In this document: positions 38,510 through 48,227 of the stretch, one piece after another
Layout: each line of letters opens with the position of its first letter
Position numbering within the stretch: position 1 is the first letter of the stretch
DNA from: Candidatus Latescibacterota bacterium
GTDB taxonomy: Bacteria; Latescibacterota; UBA2968; UBA8231
Length of the DNA: 64,000 bases
Reading direction: 5' to 3'
Assembly (NCBI GenBank): GCA_965221775.1
Contig: CBDCSU010000006.1
Location: 2,048,001 to 2,112,000 of the forward strand
Made by a program: the position numbers and the translations under genes
The notes under the pieces: generated by a model
What the model was told of the DNA's origin: nothing
Database searches by the model: none
Seen by the model: the letters and a program-made list of their open reading frames with translations, nothing else

Positions 38510-39517
38510 ATGACCCGCGCCTTCCCGTCGCCGCCGCCGGTGGACGACCGCGCCCTCTACGACCTGCAGTACCGGCGCTTCGCCGCGCCCATGGCAGCCC
38601 TGGCCCAGGAGGCGGGTCTGTGCGAGCTGCTCCTGGAGCGGCCCCGCACCACCGGGGAGGTGGCCGCCTCCCTGGGGGTGACTCCGAGGGCCGCCGAGGC
38701 GATGGTCGCCGTCGTCGCCGCTCTCGGCTTCGCCCGCCGCACCGGCGGCAACCGATTCGCGCTCACCGACTTCGGAAGCACCTACCTGCTGCCGGCCAGC
38801 CCCTTCGGCCGCCGCCTCTGCCGCGAGGACGACCCGATCCTCCAGGAGCTGCGCGGCGCCTTCCGCTCCGGCGAGCCGGCGGCCCCCCTCGCCGTGGCCA
38901 TGGAGGCGCTCCCGGAGGCGGAGGTGCGCGAGTTCATCGGCCGCATGCACGCCCTCACCCTGCCCGCCGCGGGCAGCCTGGCGCGGCAGCCGGTCTTCGC
39001 CGGTGTGGAGCGGCTCCTCGACGTGGGCGCCGGCTCGGGGTCGCTGTCGGCGGCGGTCGCCGCGGCCCACCCCGGGGTGCGCTGCACCCTCCTCGATCTG
39101 CCCGAGGTCTGCGCCATCGCCGCGGAGAACATCTCCGGCTACGGCCTGGAGGACCGGGTCGTCACCTGCCCCGCCGACATGTTCCGGGACCCTTGGCCAC
39201 CCGGGCACGACGCCGCCCTCTTCGGCAACATCTTCCACGACTGGGACCCGCCCTCCTGCGCGCAGCTGGCGCGCCGGGCCTTCGAGGCCCTGGAGCCGGG
39301 GGGCCGCATCCTCCTGCACGAGATGCCGCTGGCCGAGAGCCGCGACGGACCTCTGACGGTGGCCTGCTTCTCGGTGGCCATGCTGCTCTACGAGAAGGGG
39401 AAGCAGTACACCCTCTCCGAGCTGGAGGAGATGCTGGAGGCGGCGGGGTTCGTCGGGTTCGAGTCCGCCGAGAGCCACGGCTACTACCATCTGGTCAGCG
39501 CCCGCAAGCCGGAGTAG
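38510..39517 (+). CDS. O-methyltransferase (Methyltransf_2 with dimerisation domain)
   Basis: LLDVGAGSG, DLP.V, DMF, IFHDW, L.PGGRI. Confidence 0.9.
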   Translation: MTRAFPSPPPVDDRALYDLQYRRFAAPMAALAQEAGLCELLLERPRTTGEVAASLGVTPRAAEAMVAVVAALGFARRTGGNRFALTDFGSTYLLPASPFGRRLCREDDPILQELRGAFRSGEPAAPLAVAMEALPEAEVREFIGRMHALTLPAAGSLARQPVFAGVERLLDVGAGSGSLSAAVAAAHPGVRCTLLDLPEVCAIAAENISGYGLEDRVVTCPADMFRDPWPPGHDAALFGNIFHDWDPPSCAQLARRAFEALEPGGRILLHEMPLAESRDGPLTVACFSVAMLLYEKGKQYTLSELEEMLEAAGFVGFESAESHGYYHLVSARKPE

Positions 39518-39530
39518 ACCGGGGCGGCCC

Positions 39531-40385
39531 TCAGCGGTTGGGAGCGGCGAGGACGACGTTGGAGGCCTCCAGCTCCCAGGTCTCGTTGTAGACCGTGGGG
39601 CGGGGCCGTGGCGGCGGGTAGCCCTCCGGCTTGACCTCGGGATCCCACAACTCCAGGCGGTCCCGCCCGCGGGGCTGGTCGAGCCACTCGCGCTCGGAGT
39701 CGGCGGCCTTCACCTCCCGCCGCAGGATGAACTCGACCCAGTCGAAGGCGGTGATCGCCACGTCGGCGATGAACACCCGCGACACGTTGGTCCCGTCCCA
39801 GGTGGCCAGGTCCGGCAGCACCAGGGGGCCGGTGCAGACCTGGAACTCGCCGTCCGCCTCGTTGATGTTGATCAGGTTCACGGGGTACTCCACGGTGACG
39901 CTGAGCCCTCGTTCCTCGTCCTGGTAGGTGGAACGCGCGCTCATCAGGTCGCCGGCCAGCGTCGCTGCCGCGATCTCGCCGCCATCGGCCAGCGACCGGT
40001 GCGGGTCGTGCCTGCGCAGGTCCAGACGGGTCTCGGCGAAGGACTCCGACAGGGGGCCGCGCTCCCCCGGCTCCGGCTCCCAGCTGGGACGCCGGGCGAT
40101 GCCGACGCGGTCCTCGTCGCCGAAGACGAGACGCCACTCGGCGCTGGGGATCTGGAACATGTTGCGGCGGGCGATGGTGTACTCGGAGCGGCACGGGGCC
40201 CCGGCATAGAGGCGGGTCACCTCTCCCGTGCCGGGGTCGAGGATCTCGCAGGCCGCCTCCAGGCGGAAGCGCACGTGGTAGGACTGGCCCTCCTGGCCGA
40301 CGAATCCGCCGGCGTAGCGGTAGTGGGGGTCGTGGGTCCAGGGGCGGTGCTTCCAGGTGAAGAGGGAGCGCTCGAAGTCGATCAT
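39531..40385 (-). CDS. hypothetical protein
   Basis: MIDFERSLFTW..., GGAGAG RBS, genome-like codon use. Confidence 0.7.
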   Translation of the reverse strand: MIDFERSLFTWKHRPWTHDPHYRYAGGFVGQEGQSYHVRFRLEAACEILDPGTGEVTRLYAGAPCRSEYTIARRNMFQIPSAEWRLVFGDEDRVGIARRPSWEPEPGERGPLSESFAETRLDLRRHDPHRSLADGGEIAAATLAGDLMSARSTYQDEERGLSVTVEYPVNLININEADGEFQVCTGPLVLPDLATWDGTNVSRVFIADVAITAFDWVEFILRREVKAADSEREWLDQPRGRDRLELWDPEVKPEGYPPPRPRPTVYNETWELEASNVVLAAPNR

Positions 40386-40509
40386 CGATTCTCTCCGGAT
40401 TGTGAAGTCTTCCGGTAATGTACGACGGCTGCCGGCGCCTGGAGTACCGACGCTTCGGGGCCGATCTTTCCCGCCCGGCCCCTCCCCCCCTTCCCGACCG
40501 CGAGGACCG

Positions 40510-42054
40510 ATGACCGACACCACGTCCCTCGTCCCCAAGTACACCTTCCCCGGCACCCTCGACGAGCAGGAGGCGGCCCTGGCGGCCAACCCGCTCCTGC
40601 GGCGGCTGAACGAGGCCCGCCGCGCCTACGAAGGCGACCGCCACCGGCCGCTCTACCACTACGTCAACCCCGAGGCGATGCTGAACGACCCCAACGGCCT
40701 GTGCCGCTGGCAGGGGCGCTGGCACCTGTTCTACCAGGCCTACCCGCCCGAGGACACACGCCAGCACTGGGGCCACGCCGTCTCCGACGATCTGGTCCAC
40801 TGGCGCGACCTGCCCTACTGCATCTACCCCGGCCCGGAGGACAAGTGCTTCTCCGGCGCCACCTTCGTCGAGGAGGACCGGGTCATCGCCATGTATCACG
40901 GCACCGAGGCGGGCAACATGGTCGCCGTCTCCAGCGATCCGCTGCTGCTGAACTGGGAGAAGGTCGGGGGGCGCGCGGTGGTCCCCATGACGGCGCCCGA
41001 CGGCTCGCCCCTGCCGTACCGCGTCTTCGACCCCTGCATCTGGAAGAAGGGGGACCACTACTACTCGCTCTCGGCCGGCACGAGGCCCGCGGGCCCGGCG
41101 GGCAAGCCGGTGCGCGCCAACTTCCTGCTGCGCTCGCCCGACCTGGAGCACTGGGAGTACCTCCACCCCTTCGTCGAGGACGACCACTACACCCTGGTCG
41201 GGGACGACGGCGCCTGCCCCTACTTCTGGCCCATCGGCGACCGCCACATGCTGCTGTTCTTCAGCCACATGAGCGGCGGCCAGTACCTCCTCGGCGACTA
41301 CGACACCGAGCGCGACAAGCTCGTCGTCACCCACGGCGGCAAGTTCAACTTCGGCGCCTCCGTGCCCTGCGGCGTACACGCGCCGTCGGCCACCCCGGAC
41401 GGCGAGGGCGGCCTGATCGCGATCTTCAACATGAACCCGGGCAAGCCGACGAAGGGGTGGAACCAGATCATGACCCTGCCCCGCCGCCTGACCGTGGACG
41501 GCGACGACCTCTGCATGGAGCCGGTGGCCGCCGTCGAGTCCCTGCGCCGGGAGGGGGTGCGCCTGGAGGACGTGAGGCTGCCCGCCAACGAGGAGGTCCT
41601 CATCGAGTCGGTGAGCGGCAACGCCGTCGAACTGCGGGCCCTCCTCGACCCGGTGACCGCGCCCATGGTGGAGATGAACGTGCTGCGCTCGCCGGACCGG
41701 GAGGAGCACACGCGCATCGCCTTCTTCCGCGAGCGCGGCTTCAGCGACCGCTTCGGCGGCGGCGGCCGGCAGAGCCTGGTCACCCTGGAGACGTCGTACT
41801 CCTCGCTGGCGGCGGACGTGACCTGCCGCGCCCCGGAGACGGCGCCGGTGTGGGTGGCCCCGGAGGAACCGCTGGAGCTGCGCGTCTTCGTCGACCGCAG
41901 CGTCGTCGAGGTCTTCGTCAACGGCCGACAGTGCGTCGCCGCCCGGGTCTACCCGGAGCGCGAGGACAGCGTCGGCGTCTCCTTCCGCTCCCGGGGCACG
42001 GCCAGCCGCCTGCGCTCCCTCGACGGCTGGCAGATGGCCTCGATCTGGGCTTGA
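40510..42054 (+). CDS. glycoside hydrolase family 32
   Basis: LNDPNG, HWGHAVS.DLVHW, FSG, FDP, C-terminal FVDRSVVEVF. Confidence 0.92.
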   Translation: MTDTTSLVPKYTFPGTLDEQEAALAANPLLRRLNEARRAYEGDRHRPLYHYVNPEAMLNDPNGLCRWQGRWHLFYQAYPPEDTRQHWGHAVSDDLVHWRDLPYCIYPGPEDKCFSGATFVEEDRVIAMYHGTEAGNMVAVSSDPLLLNWEKVGGRAVVPMTAPDGSPLPYRVFDPCIWKKGDHYYSLSAGTRPAGPAGKPVRANFLLRSPDLEHWEYLHPFVEDDHYTLVGDDGACPYFWPIGDRHMLLFFSHMSGGQYLLGDYDTERDKLVVTHGGKFNFGASVPCGVHAPSATPDGEGGLIAIFNMNPGKPTKGWNQIMTLPRRLTVDGDDLCMEPVAAVESLRREGVRLEDVRLPANEEVLIESVSGNAVELRALLDPVTAPMVEMNVLRSPDREEHTRIAFFRERGFSDRFGGGGRQSLVTLETSYSSLAADVTCRAPETAPVWVAPEEPLELRVFVDRSVVEVFVNGRQCVAARVYPEREDSVGVSFRSRGTASRLRSLDGWQMASIWA

Positions 42055-42095
42055 TTCATCCCCCTCACCCACTCCCCCAAACCAGGAGATCTACA

Positions 42096-42506
42096 GTGAC
42101 CACCCTCGTCCACGTCGGCGTCCGCGCCTCCGACATCGAGGCCACCATCCGCTTCTGGCGCGACGGCCTCGGCCTGCCCGTCGTCGCCGACCGCGGCAAA
42201 TCCTTCGACCTGAGCGACGGTCACCACAACTTCCGCGTCTTCCAGCACGAGGGCCCCGAGCGTCCCGGGCACGTGAGCGGCATGCTCGACTACCTGCACA
42301 TCGGCGTGCGCGTGCCCGATCTGGAGGCGGCGGCCCAGCGCCTGCTGGGCATGGGCTACGAGATCTTCTCGGACGGCCTCTCCGGCAAGGTGCCCGTGGA
42401 CGTGAACAACATCGAGGACACGGCCTTCAAGGTGGAGGACCCGGACGGCATCACCGTCGACGTCACCTCCAGCGACGAGCAGTGGCCGGGGGTCGGCCTG
42501 CGGTAG
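42096..42506 (+). CDS. VOC/glyoxalase family protein
   Basis: HVGVR.SD, HIGVRV.D, EDPDG; AGGAG RBS before GTG. Confidence 0.85.
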   Translation: MTTLVHVGVRASDIEATIRFWRDGLGLPVVADRGKSFDLSDGHHNFRVFQHEGPERPGHVSGMLDYLHIGVRVPDLEAAAQRLLGMGYEIFSDGLSGKVPVDVNNIEDTAFKVEDPDGITVDVTSSDEQWPGVGLR

Positions 42507-42513
42507 GCGCGCC

Positions 42514-43503
42514 ATGAGGCTCTGCATGATCGGGATCCGCGGGCACAACAACTACGTGCTCTCCGGACTGCCGCTGACCGAGGTGAGCGTCGCCGGCGTG
42601 TGCACGGCCGCCGCCGGGGACGACCCGCAGGGGCTGCTGTCGAAGTGCCGGGACCTGGGGCACGAGCCCGGGGTCTGGGAGCATCCGGCGGAGATGCTCG
42701 ACGCCGTGGAGCCGGACCTCCTCTCCATCGCCGGCCCCTTCCACCGGCACGCCGAGATCAGCGTCGAGGCCTTCCGCCGCGGGATCCACGTCTTCTGCGA
42801 GAAACCGGTGGCCCTCACCCTCGAGGAGCTCGAGGAGGTCGCCGAAGCGCGGCAGGCGGCCGGCGTCCACTTCGCCGCCATGATGGGCCTGCGCTACGAC
42901 CCCGCCTTCCACACGGCCTGGCGCAAGGTCCGGGAAGGCGCCGTGGGCGAGGTCCGCCTCGTCCACGCCCAGAAGTCCTACCGCCTGGGCCGGCGGGCCC
43001 CCTTCTACCACGAGCGGGCGATCTACGGCGGCACCATCCCCTGGGTGGGCAGCCACGCCTTCGACTGGATCCGCTGGTACACCGGCAAGGCCTTCCGCAG
43101 CGTCTACGCCGCGCACTCCGCCGCCCACAACCGGGACCACGGTGAGCTGGAGGTCTCGGCCGCCTGCCACGTCACCCTCGAGGAAGACGTCTTCGCCTCG
43201 GTCGGCATCGACTACCTGCGGCCGGAAGCGGCGCCGAGCCACGGCGACGACCGCGTGCGGATCGCCGGCTCCGAAGGCGTCATTGAGGTGCTCGGCGGGG
43301 AGGTCGTCCTCACCCGCGCCGGGGGCGATGGCGACGAGCGCCTCGCGGCCGAGTGTGACCGGCAGATCTTCCCCGACTTCGTCGCCGCCGCCGCGGGAAA
43401 GCTGCAGCCCCTCCTCGGGCCGGAGGACGCCATCGAGATGACCCAGGCCTGCCTGCTGGCGCGTGAGTCCGCCGACAGCGGCCGGATCGTGAGGTTTCCA
43501 TGA
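42514..43503 (+). CDS. Gfo/Idh/MocA oxidoreductase
   Basis: HVFCEKPVA, GSHAFD. Confidence 0.9.
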   Translation: MRLCMIGIRGHNNYVLSGLPLTEVSVAGVCTAAAGDDPQGLLSKCRDLGHEPGVWEHPAEMLDAVEPDLLSIAGPFHRHAEISVEAFRRGIHVFCEKPVALTLEELEEVAEARQAAGVHFAAMMGLRYDPAFHTAWRKVREGAVGEVRLVHAQKSYRLGRRAPFYHERAIYGGTIPWVGSHAFDWIRWYTGKAFRSVYAAHSAAHNRDHGELEVSAACHVTLEEDVFASVGIDYLRPEAAPSHGDDRVRIAGSEGVIEVLGGEVVLTRAGGDGDERLAAECDRQIFPDFVAAAAGKLQPLLGPEDAIEMTQACLLARESADSGRIVRFP

Positions 43504-44813
43504 GCCGAGACGAACTGGAACAGCGCTACCGCGAGGCCACGCCGGAGTCGCGCCGTCGCTTCGAGGCCGCCCGCGCCTCGACGGCGGGCGCCGTCAAGGG
43601 GGCCTACTTCCACGCGCCCTGGCCGCTCTCCATGGCCCGGGGCGAGGGCTGCCACCTCGTCGACGTCGACGGCAACCGCTACGTCGACTTCAACAACCAC
43701 CACACGGCCCAGATCCTCGGCCACGGCAACGCCGCCGTGCGCGCCGCCGTGGAGGAGCAGCTCGAGCGCGGGGTGGTGCTCGGCGGGCAGGCCGGCGCCG
43801 AGGTCGAGCTGGCCGACGAGATGTGCCGCCGCGTCGACTCGGTGGAGCGCATCCGTTTCACCAACTCCGGCACCGAGGCCACCCTCCACGCCGTGCGCCT
43901 GCTGCGCGGCGTCAGCGGACGGCCGCGGGTGGCCAAGTTCGAGGGCGGGTACCACGGCAGCCACGACGCCGTGGAGATCAGCGTCGCGCCGCCGCTGGAC
44001 AAGGCCGGTCCCGCCTCGGCGCCGGTGGCCGTGCCCGGCACGGGGGGGATCTCGCCGGGGGCGCTGGCCGAAGCGCTGATCCTGCCCTACGACGACGAGG
44101 CCGCCGTCGAGGCCCTGCTGAAGGCCCACCGCCACGAGGTCGGCTGCGTGCTGCTGGACCCGAAGTTCGGCATCCTGCCCCAGCGGCCGGAGTTCGTCCG
44201 CTTCGTCCGCGAGATCACCCGCGACCTCGACATGCTGCTCATGTTCGACGAGATCGTCGGCTTCCGCATGGGCACCGGCGGCCTGCAGGCCCACTACGGC
44301 ATCGATCCCGACGTGACGACCTTCGGCAAGCTCGTGGGGGGCGGTTTCCCGGTGGGGGCCTTCGGGGGCCGCGCCGACCTGATGGAGCGCTTCGACAACA
44401 CCGGTCCGCCCACCGGGTTCAGCCAGAGCGGCACCTTCAGCGCCCACCCGGTGACCTCGGCCGCGGGCCTGGCCACCTTGAGGCAGCTCACGCCCGAGGC
44501 CTTCGAGCATCTCAACGGTCTGGGCCAGCGGCTGGGGGCGGGGCTGCGGGAGGTCTTCGAGCGCCGCGGCGTGGCGGCCGAGCCCGTGGTCATGGGCTCC
44601 GTCTTCAGCATCCACTTCCTGGAGCCGCCGCTGCGCACCTGGCGCGACATGGCGCGCGCCGATCGAGAGCGCGGGTCCCGCGTCTTCCTCTCCGTGCTCC
44701 TGCAGGGCTACCTGCTCAGCCACTCCATGGGGATGAACGCCATCTCCCTGTCCACGGAGGCCGGCCACGTGGACGGCCTCGTCGAGGCCGTCGACCGGGC
44801 CCTCGCCGCCTGA
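43500..44813 (+). CDS. class III aminotransferase (glutamate-1-semialdehyde aminomutase-like)
   Basis: DVDGNRYVD, FTNSGTEA, GGYHG, FDEIVGFR, TFGKLVGGG. Confidence 0.9.
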   Translation: MSRDELEQRYREATPESRRRFEAARASTAGAVKGAYFHAPWPLSMARGEGCHLVDVDGNRYVDFNNHHTAQILGHGNAAVRAAVEEQLERGVVLGGQAGAEVELADEMCRRVDSVERIRFTNSGTEATLHAVRLLRGVSGRPRVAKFEGGYHGSHDAVEISVAPPLDKAGPASAPVAVPGTGGISPGALAEALILPYDDEAAVEALLKAHRHEVGCVLLDPKFGILPQRPEFVRFVREITRDLDMLLMFDEIVGFRMGTGGLQAHYGIDPDVTTFGKLVGGGFPVGAFGGRADLMERFDNTGPPTGFSQSGTFSAHPVTSAAGLATLRQLTPEAFEHLNGLGQRLGAGLREVFERRGVAAEPVVMGSVFSIHFLEPPLRTWRDMARADRERGSRVFLSVLLQGYLLSHSMGMNAISLSTEAGHVDGLVEAVDRALAA

Positions 44814-44816
44814 GGA

Positions 44817-45392
44817 TCAGCGCGAGATCGAGAACCGGGACATCGACAGCCGCCCGGTGACCTCGCTGGAGAACCCCACGAAGGAGATCCCGTAGCTCTC
44901 CGCCTCGGCCAGCAGCGGCTCGAGGCGCCGGGGCCCGTCCGGCTCGGCTGTCCAGCTGTTGTGCCACAGGCTCTCGTCCGGCGTCAGCCGGAAGCGGTTC
45001 GGCTCCGAGGTCCAGGCGCCGTCGCCGATGCGCAGGGGCGCGCTCGTCAGGTGCCAGCGCGTGCGCGTCACGTGGGCCCAGAAGTAGCAGCGGGCCCCGT
45101 CGAGATTCAGGCCGTCCCCGCGCAGGTACACCGAGACCTCGGCGTCGCGCAGATCGACGGGGTCGGCGTCGACCCAGCCGCGGTAGTGCAGCAGCGGCAG
45201 AATCGAGAGTGGCTTCTCGGGGGTGTCGGCGCTCCAGCAGGTGTGGTCGGTCCACACGAAGCCGCCGTCGTCGACGCCGCCGGTGGGGCTCCAGCTGGCC
45301 AGGATGAAGGCGTTGCGGCCGTTGATGACGCTGGCATGGTAGTCGTAGGAGCACCAGCCCTCGGGCCCGCGGGTGAAGTGGTTGGCGATCAT
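44817..45392 (-). CDS. hypothetical protein (possible beta-sandwich)
   Basis: GAGGAG RBS before MIANHFT...; Trp-rich. Confidence 0.7.
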   Translation of the reverse strand: MIANHFTRGPEGWCSYDYHASVINGRNAFILASWSPTGGVDDGGFVWTDHTCWSADTPEKPLSILPLLHYRGWVDADPVDLRDAEVSVYLRGDGLNLDGARCYFWAHVTRTRWHLTSAPLRIGDGAWTSEPNRFRLTPDESLWHNSWTAEPDGPRRLEPLLAEAESYGISFVGFSSEVTGRLSMSRFSISR

Positions 45393-45421
45393 GACGGCTC
45401 CTCGTGGTGGTGTGGGCGGAG

Positions 45422-46396
45422 TCACAGGGGCAGGGGCGTGCCGATGCCCATCTCGACGGCGCGGCGGAAGACCAGGATGGCCGTGGCCATGTCCTCCAGG
45501 GCGATGCCGAGGTTGATGGCGATGGTGCGCTCGTCGTCCCGCTCCCGTCCGGGCTTGAGCCCGGCGACGATCTGGCCGAGGTCGGCCTGCGGCTCCGGCG
45601 TGTTGCGGAAGTAGCCCTGGCGCCGGTAGTAGTCGAACTGCCCGAGGTCGTCGGTGGCCAGCTTGTCGGCCTCGGCGAAGGCGGGTCCCGTCCAGTAGGC
45701 GTCGAAGTCGACGGGGGAGGCGAAGGCGCCGGGGGCCAGCCAGCCGGCCTCGATCACCGGCTCCGGCTCCTCCCGGATCGGCCCGCTGGTGACCACGAGA
45801 TCGGCGCCGGTCACCGCCTGCCGGGGTTCCTCCACGACTTCCACATCGAGCCCCAGCTTCTCCGACATGGCGTCGGCGAACTCCTCGGCCACCTCGCGGT
45901 GGAGGTCGTAGGCGCGGACGGCGCGCAGGTCGAAGAGGCAGGAGAGGGCCTCCAGGTTGCTGCGCCCCTGCACGCCGCAGGCGATGATCCCCGCGGACTC
46001 GCTCTCCGGGCGGGCCAGGTGCCTGGCGGCCACGGCGGTGGCCGCGCCGGTGCGCTGGGCGGTGATCCAGGTGGCGTCCATGATCGCCGTGGGGACGCCG
46101 GTCTCGGGGTCGTTGAGGACCAGCAGGCCGGTGATGTAGGGCAGGCCCCGGGCCTGGTTGCCCGGGTATCCCGAGATCCACTTGACGCCGGCCGCCTCCA
46201 GGCTCGGGATCCAGGCGGGCATGGCGTGGATGAAGGCGTCGGGGCGGGTGTGGATGCCCGGCTTGGGGGGCATCTCGACTCGGCCCTGCCCCTTCTCGAG
46301 GAACATCGACTCCAGGGCCTCGATGATGGCGGGCATCCCCAGGTCGACCTGCTCCACGTCCTTGCGGTTCAGGTAGAGGACGGTATCCGTGGCCAC
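45422..46396 (-). CDS. ornithine cyclodeaminase/mu-crystallin family
   Basis: HAMPA, GVKW, T..RTGA, GVQG, G.ALED. Confidence 0.9.
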   Translation of the reverse strand: MATDTVLYLNRKDVEQVDLGMPAIIEALESMFLEKGQGRVEMPPKPGIHTRPDAFIHAMPAWIPSLEAAGVKWISGYPGNQARGLPYITGLLVLNDPETGVPTAIMDATWITAQRTGAATAVAARHLARPESESAGIIACGVQGRSNLEALSCLFDLRAVRAYDLHREVAEEFADAMSEKLGLDVEVVEEPRQAVTGADLVVTSGPIREEPEPVIEAGWLAPGAFASPVDFDAYWTGPAFAEADKLATDDLGQFDYYRRQGYFRNTPEPQADLGQIVAGLKPGRERDDERTIAINLGIALEDMATAILVFRRAVEMGIGTPLPL

Positions 46397-46611
46397 TCGC
46401 TGTCTCCTCGCGTCAGGTCCAGTGCTCTTCAAGATAGTCGGTCGCCCGCCGGTCATGTGTGCGGCCCGAGTCCGCCCCGCGCGGGACCGGCCCGACGCCA
46501 GGCGCCGGGCCGAGGGATCCGCGCCGCCTCGCCGTGGTTGACCGCCCTTTTTGCCCGCGCCTACCTTGGCGCCTCCCCTCGCGGTGATCACCCCGTTCAG
46601 GAGTCTCAGCC

Positions 46612-48102
46612 ATGTGGAACGTCGGCACGCGGCGGCAGCTCTTCGTCGACGAGCGCTTCATCGAGCGGTCCGAAGGCGTGCGCCTGCGCATGAACCCCCC
46701 GGTGCAGCACCCCGAGCCGGTGCTGACCGCCGACCGGCCCTGGGAGGCCTTCGGCATCGGCGCCTACAACACGGCCATGCTCGAGGCGGACGGCCGCTTC
46801 CGCCTGTGGTACGACGCCACGGTCCTCGGCGGGGGTCCCGCCGAGGGCGCCCGGCGGCTGGGCTACGCAGAGTCGGCGGACGGTCTGACCTGGACCAAGC
46901 CCGACCTCGGCCTGATCGAGTTCCAGGGCTCGAAGGCCAACAACCTCGTCGCCCCCCTGCGGGAGCGGCAGTCGATGCAGGGGGCCACGGTGCTGCGCGA
47001 CGAGGCCGCCCCCGAGGAGGAGCGCTACAAGCTGTGGACGAAGTACCGGCCCACGGACGACGAGATCGCCGCCGGCGTCGAGCCCGGATTGTGGGCGATG
47101 CACTCGCCGGACGGCCTGCGCTGGCATTACTACGACGACCAGCCCGATCACCAGGGCGCCTGCGACACGCAGAACATGCTGTTCGTCGACGACCGGCTGC
47201 AGTGTTACGTCGGCTACACGCGGGTGAGCGCCACCCAGCACCGGGACGAGGCCGCCGACGCCGTCGGCCAGCCGTACCGCAGCGTCGGCCGCGTCACCTC
47301 CACCGACTTCCGCCACTGGACGCCGCTGCAGATCGTCTTCGAGGCGGACGGCGCCGACACCGGCATGCCCCTGCCGGCGGAGAACGAGTCCGGCCGCCCC
47401 TGCGTCGACGTCTACACCAGCTGCGCCATGAAGTACCCGTGGGCCGAGGACGTGTACCTCATGCTGCCGGCGGTCTACTACCACTGGGGCCGGAAGCAGT
47501 TCCCGGGGACCCTGGACGTGCAGCTGCTCACCAGCCGCGAGGGGATCAGCTGGGGCCGGGCGGGGGACCGGGAGCCCTTCCTGCGCCAGGGCTTCGACGG
47601 CAGCTCCACCAGCGGCATGATCTACGCCAACCCCTGGCTGATCCCGGTGGGCGAGGAGCTGTGGCTCTACTACTCCGGCACCGTCCGCCTGCACCGCAAC
47701 CCCCGGCCCGGCGAGGACCGGGAGGCCCTGGCGCGGCGCAGCGGCATCTTCCGCGCCAGCCTGCGCCGCGACGGCTTCGTCTCCGCCGACGCCGGCTACG
47801 GCGGCGGCACCTTCACCACGCCGCTCCTCACCTTCGGCGGCAACCGCCTGGAGGTGAACTGCGACGGCAGCGCCGGCGGCTGGCTCCAGGCGGAGGTCCT
47901 CGGCGAGGACGGCCGGCCGCTGCCCGGGCTGAGCCTGGCGGAGGCGGATACCGTGCGCGGGAACAGCCTCCACAAGCCGGTGAGCTGGCGCGGCGGGGAC
48001 CTCGCCCGGCACGCGGGCAAGCCGGTGCGCCTGCGCTTCGTCATGCGCGGGATGAAGCTCTACGCCTTCCAGTTCGGGGACGGGGACGGGCACGGGGGCT
48101 GA
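46612..48102 (+). CDS. hypothetical glycoside hydrolase-like beta-propeller protein
   Basis: RQLFVD, YAES.DG..W.KP.LG, S.DG..W repeats, LRRDGFVS, KLYAFQF. Confidence 0.75.
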   Translation: MWNVGTRRQLFVDERFIERSEGVRLRMNPPVQHPEPVLTADRPWEAFGIGAYNTAMLEADGRFRLWYDATVLGGGPAEGARRLGYAESADGLTWTKPDLGLIEFQGSKANNLVAPLRERQSMQGATVLRDEAAPEEERYKLWTKYRPTDDEIAAGVEPGLWAMHSPDGLRWHYYDDQPDHQGACDTQNMLFVDDRLQCYVGYTRVSATQHRDEAADAVGQPYRSVGRVTSTDFRHWTPLQIVFEADGADTGMPLPAENESGRPCVDVYTSCAMKYPWAEDVYLMLPAVYYHWGRKQFPGTLDVQLLTSREGISWGRAGDREPFLRQGFDGSSTSGMIYANPWLIPVGEELWLYYSGTVRLHRNPRPGEDREALARRSGIFRASLRRDGFVSADAGYGGGTFTTPLLTFGGNRLEVNCDGSAGGWLQAEVLGEDGRPLPGLSLAEADTVRGNSLHKPVSWRGGDLARHAGKPVRLRFVMRGMKLYAFQFGDGDGHGG

Positions 48103-48127
48103 GCCCGCACGCGTCTTCTGGAGGTCC

Positions 48128-48169
48128 CGACTCGGCCGCGGCGGACTCCGGCAGTCGCCGGCGGAGTCG
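48128..48169. terminator. imperfect hairpin between convergent genes
   Basis: cgactc...gagtcg arms with an internal GC stem. Confidence 0.35.
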
Positions 48170-48227
48170 AGCACGGGCTCCCCCGACGCAACCCCCCGCC
48201 CGGACCGCCTCGCCTTCACCCGCCCGC

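Noticed and set aside
43500-44813. hemL assignment
   Set aside because: Fold matches but context is catabolic and the N-terminal motif is divergent; left as class III aminotransferase
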